NCBI RefSeq assembly: GCF_964204645.1
Contig: NC_134029.1
Coordinates: 19,028,950-19,092,949 of the forward strand
DNA: 64,000 nt
Source of the DNA: Tubulanus polymorphus
Taxonomy: Eukaryota; Animalia; Nemertea
Direction of reading: 5' to 3'
Positions 52,302 through 63,571 of the stretch are shown piece by piece. A program made the position numbers and the translations under genes. Every line of letters starts with the position of its first letter. The first letter of the stretch is position 1. Below the pieces are notes generated by a model that made no database searches, was not told the origin of the DNA, and saw only the letters and a program-made list of their open reading frames with translations.

Positions 52302-52421
52302 TCAGTTGTTTGTTGATTCCGCAAGATCTTTCATCAACACATCTCCATTGGCATTAAGAATCTGTTGTGCATCCTCTTCATCATCCAGTATATGCAGATC
52401 GTCCAAATCATAATTGATTAC
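52302..52421 (-). CDS. Alternative distal last coding exon of perilipin (VINYDLDDLHILDDEEDAQQILNANGDVLMKDLAESTNN*)
   Basis: Acceptor atatttgcag, phase 0 matching the donor at 56177, 39 open codons of acidic sequence, and AATAAA on the minus strand at 51648-51643. Confidence 0.7.
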   Translation of the reverse strand, partial: VINYDLDDLHILDDEEDAQQILNANGDVLMKDLAESTNN

Positions 52422-54435
52422 CTGCAAATATATACAACAGAGATGTAAATCCATGGTTTACATCAATGTTGAACTGGTACAAGCTGTCTACACGAGAATA
52501 AGCAATGCATATCTATCACACAGGTAAAGAGGTCGTGGTCTAACTTATGACTAATATTATTACTACTACTAGCCTTGTTTCGACACCTTCTGGACAAGTT
52601 TAGATTTTACTGTCTTAATTACCAGCTTAAGGTAATCACTAAGCATGTTTTTAATTCCGTATTTTAGGTCACCTCAAGTAGATTAAGTCTTCCCAAAGAA
52701 AATGCGAGATTCCTCACACGAGTTTCAGTGTCTTGCCACAAACTAATGGGACACCTTTTGATTTCTTTTCATTTATTCACTCAGGGTACGTTAGGGTATT
52801 TGAATTTAGTAAGGAAAGCTAGAGATCACTGCGCAGGAATCCTCATGTAATGAGGATGATAATTTCATAATCTCATAAACCTCATGTAGCTTTTGGGACC
52901 ATGATAATTTGTAGAGTCATTTTGTTTCAACAAACATCCGAATTAAATGGTTATCCAAGCAGATCGGATCCTACTTGAGCAGAGTCTAATTTATATAGAG
53001 ATTTTTGACCTATTCGATATTTCATAGACCATTACGAGTTTGAATGATAACATATTCGCACCATCTGGACTATCGATAAATACAAGAAAGCGAATAAGAC
53101 TTGAATTATATCACATCAGATCTTTGATTTTATTGACGCAAGTAAGAAGCATGTGCAGAATATGTACGTAAGCATACATATACATATACATATACATATA
53201 TATATATATTCAGAAAACCTTCTGGCACCAGCGCAGCTGTTGCATTAGTGACGCACTATAGCCACTATTGATTATACATGTAACTTGGGAAAATCTTCAA
53301 GCATTTAAGTCCAAGCCATACAGATTATGTCATTATATTTCAGGGTCTCGCAACATTCAATACTTATAAATATGGGCAATATAATTTCCGCATAGCTACA
53401 ATAAACAAGCATTAGAGCCATTATGAATACCAAGGGCATTAAAACTTCATATCGTTCGACATTAAAGGTCAAACCATATTTCTCATTACATAGTCTAATT
53501 TTGGAAAGTTATAGCTAGATATATGCACCAAAACAAATCGGCTTGGCTTGTCGAATACACAAATTTAAATAGAATCGACAACCATACTGTCACAGACCGA
53601 CTGTACATTAGTGAATGTATTAACTGACAGACGCTTGTCATTATAATCATTGTTATGAATTCAGCTGCAGTATGGAAATACCATCTAGATGATTATTGAT
53701 TGCTGGAAAAAATTTGATAGTCAGATGCCGGATGAATGGATAGTTGAAGTAGTGACAAAACTACCAGGGTACAACACTTTAAACACCTATCGACAACTGG
53801 CCCCTCGGCTTTTTACTATGCAGAAAGCAAATTGTCATCTAATAATATTCACCAAATTCATCATCAGCAATCTCTAAACGAGTAAAATTCATTTGAAATC
53901 GTCTTCCTCAAATATTCAACAGACTTTTCAACTAACAATGATGGGTTTGTATATTAGAGTTTGTAGCAGTCAAACTAAGCCATAAGTCAGCAGTTTTTTC
54001 CTGAATCCAGAAACTTTTTTGTAAGTAGAAATTTTGCTGGGATATCAAACACTATTGAAAGCCTATCCTAAATTTTTTCAATAAGTAAGCACTTTTTCAG
54101 ACATTGTACGACTCGCTACAAACCCTGTACATCTAATTCAACATCGAAATATACGTCTCAATCAATCTAAGTTGGTATTTGAGTAAAACAAACCACAATC
54201 ATAAGAATAAACTTGTTATTCCTTATACCAAGATAGGCGTGTTCTTCTTTTGGTTATGGCTTTACTTCTACACCAACTAAAAACTGCTATCATCAATCTA
54301 ATACGATCGCCATATTGGTCGGGTTTGGTAAATCATTCTCGCTATTTTAGTAGAAGTTGCAATTAAACTCAAGTGGTCAGTAGCGTTAATTTTCGGTAAG
54401 CATTTTCCGCACATCAATAAATTTCTGCCGTATCG

Positions 54436-57400
54436 CTAATTCATCGACTCCATTTCGATTTCCTCGGCATTTTTTTCTTCGACGTCTCCTTCGGATTTTT
54501 TCCCACCGGCCATTTTCAATGCCTGTAATACAAAGACAAAGCCAATTACAAAAGAATCCAGATCAGAATACATTCCAGGGGCCGGTTGCATAGTTATGAC
54601 TTAGACTTAAGACCAGTCTAAGACCAACTTAGTTCTATAGCCAATCTAACAATTTAAGACTAGTCTTAAGATTTAAGACCACTTTTGGACTTAAGTCACG
54701 ACTGTGCAACTGGCCCCTGCATCTATAATTACATTGAATATCGATTACAAAAATCCAAATCTCACTACTGATGACCAATCATTTCTTTCTTTTTCGGAAT
54801 ATTTTTCAACACAAAATAATATAGGAGTAAGTTTTTGACAGCAGAGTTGTTACCAGTAGTTTGTGCTGCATTCTGACTCATGTTATTGTAATAACTGTTC
54901 AATAAATTAGATTTTATAAATGGCTCTCATAGAATTGAGTCGAAACATCGGATTCTCTTTTAGTTTTGATTATGAAAATGGCTCATAGAATTGAGGCGAA
55001 ACCCTTCTAGATTTTTTCCATTTCATTGTGTCTGAAATCTATATCGCATGCGTATTACAAACACTTTCATCGGCTTTAATCTTATTCATTGCGGAATATA
55101 GATTGAAACGTTAGTTTTGCTGATTCAGCGGTATATTTTCATAAATCGCGCTTCTGCTTTGGCAAACGCCCAATATGTATATACTTTGTGAAACTTATTG
55201 ATATACAGTGCAGATTAGCCGATTTGAACTGCGCAGAACGGGCGGTATTCAAATCAAGTACATAAAACTAAAAACACTCGAAATATTATCACCCAGGCCT
55301 AATGAAAGGTCACTGTGATCGCGGTCGTGAATTTAGATACTTATCAGTGATATTGCCACCGAACATATTGTTCTTACTGTTTTCGGAAAACTGACTGATT
55401 CTGATTAAGTAATAATATCAGGTGTTTCAAGATGGTCGCTTATACGGCGGCCATTACATTGGGCTGATGACGACAACCAACATTTATGAAAGGAACCTAC
55501 CTTATTTGATCGTGGTTTCGTCTGAGCACCGAGTGTTTGAAAGGAAGTCAGAGGAAAATGCGCGATTAGTTGAGAAAAAGACTAAAGCTAATATAGAGTC
55601 CACAGTTACAGGAGTCGAAGAGGGGCAGAAATTGATCTATGCCTCAAAACTCCCATAACTGCAGACATTTTGTTAATTCAATAGAATCTTAAGGATCTAA
55701 GACAAATTTACAGTAGATCTAACCTACAATGACCTCCTGTATACCAATATAATAATAACGATAATAATAATTGATATTCATATGGCGCAAGGATCGTATT
55801 CAATACAGTTTGAATGTGCCTATTTTTGTGTTTTCATCTGTACATTACCCCCCCTCAGTTAATATATCCCTATTTGAATCAGTCATCTCTCCCTGAGGAG
55901 GAGTAACATGCCAGCAGCTATTACTAAGAGCTCAGGAGTCTTCTATCGGGCCAGGTACCCAATTGCACCGAGGTGAATTACTGCAATAAGGATACGCGTC
56001 TTGCCAAAGGACACCATGCCTATGGCAATGTACTGGGTTCGAATCCATGACCTGGCATCTTACCTAGCTCTTACCAATCGCCCACGTAGCTCCAATATTT
56101 TCAGAGGAAATCTTAGCTGCAGGAATTTAAACCACTGGATGAAATTTAAGCTGATTTCTATTTAAGGAAGGCTTACCAGTTGATTTACAGGCCAAGTGCC
56201 AACAACTAGATCCGTCAAGTCACCAAGAGTGTTGTGCAAATAGGACATCGTTCCACGGACATTTTCCAAGAACACGTTCGACATATCTTCAGTTTTTGCC
56301 TAAAACGAATAACAACACTTGTAAATACTAGAGCCCCGAAGGAAAGGGGTAAATATTGAACGATTCCAAAAGCAAATTTTCAAGATTTACCAATTTAAAG
56401 AGAGTATATAAATCTTCACTGTACTGCCGAGCCTGTTCCATCGTTTGAGCAATCGTTTCTGGTAATGCCTTCGCGGAAGCCTGACCAGCGGTCAGTCCCT
56501 GCTTCAGTTGAATCGTCAAATATCGAGCGTATCTTATAGCACGTCGCTCAAATGTCTAAAAACGATTAATTGTTAAAAAGAATTGATCAGACGAATATTT
56601 CCGGCTACATTTAACATAAATCGGTTATCATATAAATTTCTTGTTTAAGACGGACCGAGAGATGATAATAGCGGCTCACCTTGTCAGTTTCAGATATTTC
56701 GCCGTTGTCTTCTTCGGGGCATTCATCGCGGTTTATTTCCTCGAAGATATCCTGGAAATGTTGACGCGCTCCGTCCAGCTTGTGACCGGCGACATCGATG
56801 TTCGTTCTGGCGTACTGAATCTGTAATAATATGTGAATTTAAGTAAATTATCAATTGTATACAAGAATCGAAGGAGTCTTTATTAGGGTTTTCTGACTTT
56901 CGTCGAAAACCCTCTTGAAATTCTGTTGATTATTATTATTATTATATATTTTCCGCCGATTTCGTCAAATAAAATTCATCTTCATTCAGATTCGGCAACT
57001 GACAGCTTCGAAACAAAATGTATAAATTGATACTGTAATAACGGTCTCTCTGAACCAACAGATTGTCTGAATGTACTTTCCATCCTATTTGAAACTTAAA
57101 ATTACTTATCAGTTTACTGTAAATAAAGAATTGATTGAATTGTTAGACAACAAGCACCGGCGAAATAACAGTTTGTGACGTCATTTAGTAAGTAAATAAA
57201 GGAGGGCTCCGATAATTTCCGAATCACGGGGACTATACTGGGGTTAGACCATTCAACCAAAAAGAGGATTGCTCCGATAATATCCAAATCATCTCATTTT
57301 ATTTTTTCCATCGAATACCCGGTAATTAATTTTTCCTTTCGATCACATGTATCCAGAAAACCCGTTATCGCTGCTTTGCAGCTATATTTTTTCTTCTTAA

Positions 57401-59857
57401 CATTACGTTGAAACAAGAAAAATATTTACAGCTAAGATATCTAAATGCAAAACCTTTCTAAAGATAACTGATAAAATTAATCGAAATATCTTTCATAACA
57501 TATCTCATTTCTGAATGAAACCTCTATACTTTCTATAAGTCCGCAAATATTCAAAAGTGCCTAGCGCCTATTATGACCATCTGATTATATTTTCTCGCAG
57601 TCATAATATTCTGGAAGCAGTTCCACAGTTGTGAGTTCAGATTTGACTCTTATAAGAGTTAAAATCGAAAATTCACTTGTTCGACTCCAGAGCCAAACTT
57701 GGTCTTGGGTTCAGTTTAATGAAGTTTTTTGAATTTTTTCCTCATTGAAAACAGTAAGTAACCGAAAGCAATAATTCAGCGAAAAATTTTCTGATTCACT
57801 ATTTCGCGAAACTGGGCCCGAGCTTCAGATAAAGGGAAAAGACAGTGGGGACATAGGCCGGGCACATATAGTAAATGACTTACCAGATCAACGGTGAAAT
57901 TCAGCTTGCTCAATGTCTCGGTACTGCGTGTGCGGATGTTAGTAAGGTCATTCATGGCACGCGTGAACATTCTCTTGCGCAATTTGCTACTCAAAAGTCC
58001 GACGTGAGTCAGCGTATCTACTTTCTCATCACCTTCATCTTGTTTTTCTTCATCTAAAAGTAAAATTACCAAATTGCTACCGTAAATTCATGTGTTCCAA
58101 GAAAGGTCTTGATTAGTTTTTCTGTAAGTGCGTACGAATATCGCATAAGTTCTTCCTTTTGTTGCCACTGCCAGACCAGACTATTTATTTCTAATTCAGT
58201 AGTAGTTTTCATTTTAAAAAAACGAGGGTAATTTGACAAAAGAATCGTAATTAAATTGAAATGAACTAGAAATTATTCCGATTTTGAAAATATTTAGATA
58301 TTTTAGGCAGTAGTTGAGCTCTCATAAAGAGTAGTCGTATAGTCAGGTCTGAACTTTCGACAACCGAAAATCAATAACGAAAATCAAAGAGAAGAAAACC
58401 AAAATCAAATCACTCATTCACCTGATGAAGCTTCTATAAATAAGTAGCGAAAGCTTGTGCGTCAAATTAATAGTTATCCTACATAGTACTACTCGTCTGG
58501 TTATTTATTCTAAACCCAGTTAACACGGTTACTCTACGAATCTTTTCAAAATCAAAGAATTCAACATCAACCGTACGTACCGTCTCCGGGAAGGTAATGA
58601 TCGACGTAGTTCTCGATGATGTCCATCGCGCCGTCCAACCTAGTGGCGACCTTCTGTCCAAGGGGCGTCTTCAACGAGTCGTCGATTTTTCGGATGCTGA
58701 AATCTTTCGCCTGAATCGCCTTCTCGATGCCGTAGTCTTTAACGCTCGATACGGTTGACGTCGTGTATTCTTTCGCGTCTTTCACTTTGTTGCAGGTGTA
58801 CGTCGTTACGTCAGCGACCGTGTCACGGGTGAACGTTTTCACGCTGTTCGCCGTGTTGATTCCGTACTTGGTCGCCGCCGTCACTTTGTCGACCGTCGGT
58901 TTCAAAGTCGAGTCGTAAACCTTCTTCGTCTCGCCCAAAACCTTGAAAGATAAATAATCAGACGGACGTCAAAAAATCGGGTGACCACTTTCCGTCCATT
59001 TACAAATCCCCCGAGGTTTCACAGATTTTTCAGTGCAATTACATAGAATTCCGGAGTGACAATTAGAGAAATTTCTAGGCTTAAAACAATACAATTCATT
59101 CATTTTTCAAAGAATCACGTAATGATTAAGAAACAAATGGTCGATAACGTTATCCGAAATTCCCCAAGTTTTCCAGGTTTTTGGTAAAATTTGTCAAATT
59201 CCCCGAGTTTTCCACTCGGTCCTCGAATTTAACATTGAAGTAAGAATTAGGCCAATAATTTCAATCCAATAATAGTTTTTCTATTGCCAATTTCTTACCT
59301 CTTCAGTCGGTTTAGTAATGATTGGATACTTTTCTTCCAATTTGTCCAATTGGGAACAGGCGATCGAGTTCAAGGCATCCACTAGAAAATAATAATGACC
59401 ACAATCAATTAACTCGTAGGCTTCAGAGCTTCTCGGAAAGTCGAACTAAATGCTCAAATAAACCAGTAAAACTAATGATATGATAATTTTTAACATCTAC
59501 GTATTAAAAATATATCACCATGCTTAAAGATTATCGACAGTTTACTATAAAATTCTAGAACTACTTTAATGATTTAACAGAAAGAAAATAAGCCCAAAAT
59601 GCAATAGGCCTACCGTAAGTTAAATAATTTCAAAATGTAACTGAAGTCTTACATTTTCCTTCAAATCGGTTGGTGACAATCGGAACAGCCGTGTCCGACA
59701 CCTTTTTGGTAACGGATTCAGCCGATTCCAAAGTGTACTTAACGAGCCTATTGCCTTCTTTGGCGCGGTCATAAAGGCTCGTCACCTGGGATAGCGCAGA
59801 TGCCACAACTGGGTAGCTACCGACTCGTTTTACTGCAACGCAATGTTCTTCGTCCAT
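54436..59857 (-). CDS. Perilipin (PAT-family lipid droplet protein, PLIN2/3-like), isoform with proximal last exon, about 444 aa. Exons: 59857(or 59887)-59653, 59381-59299, 58941-58581, 58053-57884, 56820-56680, 56555-56391, 56299-56177, 54522-54436
   Basis: PAT domain AVKRVGSYPVVASA...Y..AKE...LVKYTLESAE and NSIACSQLDKLEEKYPIITKPTEEV. Six 11-mer repeats (ATKYGINTANS/VKTFTRDTVAD/VTTYTCNKVKD/AKEYTTSTVSS/VKDYGIEKAIQ/AKDFSIRKIDD). ENYVDHYLP and LSKLNFTVDLIQY motifs of the four-helix-bundle region. All phases are consistent. Confidence 0.92.
54579..54716. mobile_element. 138-bp palindromic MITE, inverted near-identical copy of 36655-36792
   Basis: Same TIRs and internal TTAAGAC repeats; CAG/CTG flanks. 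Confidence 0.85.
55748..56092 (-). mobile_element. tRNA-derived SINE with CORE-like middle and L2-like tail
   Basis: Minus strand: A-box-like GTGGGCGATTGGT, B-box-like GGATTCGAACCC, GTGTCCTTTGGCAAGAC, AATTGGGTACCTGG, tail GCGCCATATGAAT..(TTA)n. Confidence 0.65.
56879..57390 (+). mobile_element. Helentron-associated / DINE-1-like non-autonomous element
   Basis: 5' TTTATTAGGGTTTTCTGAC..GTCGAAAACCCT palindrome, (ATT)n microsatellite, 3' sub-TIR CAGAAAACCC, short hairpin GCTGC-TTT-GCAGC, then a T-run. Confidence 0.7.
58422..58433 (-). CDS. Candidate 12-nt frame-preserving microexon of perilipin (adds EASS)
   Basis: Minus strand reads ctttcgctacttatttatag|AAGCTTCATCAG|gtgaatga. Phase 1-1 matches the flanking exons and there is no stop. 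Confidence 0.5.
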
Positions 59858-60759
59858 TTTCCTTTTCTGTTCAGCTTTACGGTACATACAATCTGCATAG
59901 AAAATAATACCGTATTAGATCCATGCGTTCAATCGAGAAAAAGGCAAAGGAGGGTTAATCATGAGGGTTAATCATCATCTTAATTTAGCATCACCTAGGC
60001 TACGTGACGAGACCGAGTGCATCTACAGGGTCCCTACAGTCATTCCTGGATGTTAGGAGTTTTCAACGAGATTAAAAGGAGAAAATTTCCAATCTCGAGG
60101 CATCTGCATCACTTCCATATCCCAATTGCTGTAGACTCCTATCTGCCTTCCTTTTTAAGCTAGGTGGTGCATAGGTCTTTTTTCCCTTTAGGGTAGTACT
60201 CATGGATGAATAAAAGCTCACAGGATTTGTGGAAAATTAAATTTTACAAATGGTAAATCAGCAGCAGGTAGCATTAGGATTTAAGAATTTCCTAGGGAGG
60301 ACACCAGCCACACCACCCTCTCTGTGGTACTGAAATGAGCAATCAGAAACTGAGGTTGAATTCACCCCACCCAGCTGGCTGGCAATTTTTGGCATAGCCT
60401 ATTGCCTGTTGGCCGTATTTGGCTTCAATAAATTATTAGCTGTGCCTGAGGTGGCTTGTATCACATGATTTATTATCAGACCTACCCGGTAAACCTAAAA
60501 TGATAAGCATTGTGAATCACCCCCTGCTTTGGAACACAAAAAAGAACAGAGGCAGTTTCAATTCAGCCAGAGTCAAAGGCCATCTATTGACGTTTTCAGT
60601 CACTGTCAGCTGATCGCAACTCGAACCCGGAAGTTAAATGACGACACCAAAAGTTGAATGAAACTCCTCATTTTTCTATGATCTCGATGAAGTTACTCAA
60701 TGAGTATGACTTACGAAATATCCCTAATTCATTTATTAATCAGGTTACCTTCTACTTAC

Positions 60760-60790
60760 CCTGCTCACTGGTATTGAAGTAGTGAAATGT
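60760..60790 (-). other. Short non-coding first exon of perilipin (5' end approximate)
   Basis: Strong donor CAGG|gtaagt at 60760/60759, just downstream of a TATA-like box. The matching acceptor tatgcag| is at 59893/59892. Confidence 0.6.
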
Positions 60791-60804
60791 GTCGATTATA
60801 GCCG

Positions 60805-60945
60805 CAATTTATACCAGAAACTTCAGCGACGATAAGAGCTGACGTATACCAGTCAAATGACGCAATTAACGCGGACCAATCAGCGAATAACTGACGTCAT
60901 CTAGAGCACCTAGCAGCCAATCAGCGATCTAGTCTATCGATATGG
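60805..60945 (-). promoter_or_regulatory. Putative perilipin promoter: TATA box, CRE/ATF sites, two CCAAT boxes, DRE
   Basis: TATAAAT on the minus strand near 60813-60807; TGACGTAT 60840-60847; TGACGCAA 60858-60865; palindromic TGACGTCA 60892-60899; two CCAATCAGCGA near 60876 and 60917; TATCGATA 60935-60942. Confidence 0.65.
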
Positions 60946-61619
60946 TTTTTGAACTTTGGACCCGGTATACGTAGTTTGGAGTGACTGATTCGTGCACGGC
61001 TCCGATAAGAATTAACTCGAACATTCCTAGAAATACATTCGGGAAGTTTTTGCCGTTACCGGTTATGGTCTCATAGATATACTTTCGGAACACGGTTCAA
61101 GGTCCGGTTTCATGTACAAATTTTTTCGTTTGATCACTATTTCGGTTGCAACATTTTTATTTATGATGTTTGCAATGTGGGCACTACAAAAAGTAACAAT
61201 TTTGTTCATGAGACAGTGAAAATGAACCCGATTCAACTTTTTTTAGAGATAATTTAAGGAATTCTAGTCAGAGTCTATAGTCAAAAAGTGCAAAGTTCAG
61301 CACAATGAGTCATGAGGTATTTTGTGTGAACTCCATGCAGCATGTTCCGCAGTCATTGATGACAGTGGAGTGTGGCTTCGCTAAACTATGGAGAGTTGTA
61401 TTTTTTTGTTAAGATTCTACTTTCTTTTCAAAATACCGGGCTCCCGAGCCGAGGACAGCAAAAACTACCAAATTCAAAGACCAGAAATACGAGACAATGT
61501 GATAATAATTTATTTAAACATTTATGTACATCAAATACTAATACATGATCATCAGTAGTGGACATCGATTGATTAAAAAACATCGAATTGTGAGAGAAAT
61601 GCACACTCGGGTCGTCATT

Positions 61620-63499
61620 TCAATACACGTGAACCATCCCATATAAAAACCTATAAAAATAAGCACTCAAGTGAAGGAGAATAGTGCAAAGTCCTGATTA
61701 CAAAGTTCAGATAATACAAGTGTCTCGACATGCATTATCAAATAAGATTTCAAAAAGGATACGTCCAAAACAAAATATACGTCTGAAAAAGAATGGAGTC
61801 AAGGAAAACATTTTTTAATATACGTCAGTTGTCCAATTCAAGTCTCGTCTCAAAGCAGTTCTTTTTCGTGCATACTTAGATACTCCAGAGGAGCGCTTTC
61901 GAAGTTTATCTTGCAATGGAATTACAGCACTTAATAAATACCATTTTAATTATCATTATCATAAAAATTTCTATTTGCTGTAAAATATTCATTTTTTACA
62001 AAAATAGAAATGTCCAACTATCAAATTTTCAGATGGATTGGAATATAAGACCCCTTTCCTGAAAAGTTTTGCTTTTGTTCTCTTCTTTCACAACTGAGAC
62101 TCTTTCAACACGACCACTTGAAAATATAAACACAGTTTTTTCTTTCTTTTACGTAACTGATAAAAAAAAATTTCAAAATTGATAAAATTCCATATAGGCG
62201 TCTCATTTAGCCTCTATCCAGTATTCTAATCGTTTTTCTTTTTTCTAAAAGGACTGATATTTGATAACATGTCATACACATATATTAAAGGATACGAATA
62301 AACCACCAAGAAGTCCACCAGTGAATAGTTCAATCCTAGAACGAAAGAATTTACTCCATTGCGATCCAGCTTTGAGAAAAAGCATCACCTGAAAAATTTA
62401 AAGAAACACATAATTAATGGAAACTTCATTTTAACGAAGACTGGTTTAAAAATACAAATAGTGTTAGTTGAAACATGACCCTCGACCAACTTTTCAGATG
62501 ATCAATTAATGCACCTAAGTCAGCGCATGAGTGTGTTGCATTATTTGATAGAACTGGATTGTAAAATGTTTTCAACATCTATAGTCAATTTTCAGGGTCC
62601 CAATCGATCAGTCATTCCTGGATATAAGTTTTCAAGGGGACAGTCTCAAATTTCAAGGAAGTGTCTGCAATTACTGTAGACTACTAACTCAATACTTAGC
62701 TAAACCATTGATTTGGAGGTTTTGTCAGCAAAATTTTATGCCATACTTAACTATATTTGGTAACCTCCTAATTGTGTAAAAAATCTCATTGTCCCAACTT
62801 TGGTTCTGATTTAGGCGTAGTCTACTTGTACAGCTACAAACTAGACAAAAATTTCTAATGGCTTATTTCTCAAAATTGAAGGAGTTTTGGGTATTTTGCT
62901 CGAATTAATGAGTTTCAAAAACCTTTAAACGCATTTTTGGTTTAGAAGGAGTTTTTAAGGAATCAATGATTCATAGGGTCTATTGTTTGTAACCTTCTCG
63001 GAGAGGTCGCCATCTTATGGAATATAAGTTTTATCATGATTAACAATTTTTCTATGCTTTATTTTCAAATCAATAAAAAGTCATGGTTTTTACTAGGCAT
63101 GGAAACATATTGTAAAACAGATGCAGTAACTTTTCTCCATGCGATTCTTCAATACGGTGTTAAACGAATACGAAAACGATAACTCATTCAGACTGCGAAG
63201 TTTCACAGCTCATATTTCAAGATCACTTCGAGGTACGGTATGTACTCTAAGAATTGGCCAAATATCCTCAAAAAAAAAAACAGGTTAAAAACAACGAACA
63301 TAGACAAGAGCATCATGTGGAAGAAGAAAATGACTTACAGATAACATGAACGACGTGATGAAATAAAATATAAATCCGTATAAACTCGTCAGACCCATGA
63401 TTCCTGCTGTACAGCCGGCTAGAGCGCACATCGACGTTCGACAATAATCCAGAAATGCAGCATTTGATCTGATTGCACCTTCACTGTACGCAACATTAT
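61620..63499 (-). CDS. EMC6: ER membrane protein complex subunit 6, 5'-partial. Exons: 63499-63339, 62388-62296, 61782-61763, 61650-61620
   Basis: Spliced translation is (D)[100 protein letters not shown], which ends in the diagnostic EMC6 C-terminus. AATAAA on the minus strand at 61514-61509. The start exon was not found. Confidence 0.95.
61651..61762 (-). other. Second U12-type GT-AG intron in EMC6, 112 nt
   Basis: 5' splice site GTATCCTTT; branch point TCTCCTTCAC (61680-61671) about 21 nt from the AG. Confidence 0.85.
61783..62295 (-). other. U12-type (minor spliceosome) GT-AG intron in EMC6, 513 nt
   Basis: 5' splice site GTATCCTTT; branch point TTTTCCTTGAC (61808-61798) about 16 nt from the AG. 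Confidence 0.9.
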
Positions 63500-63571
63500 C
63501 TACAATATAAGAAGTAATGTTTTTTGTGTCAATTTGATATGCCACAATATAATTGATCAACAGTTTAACCT

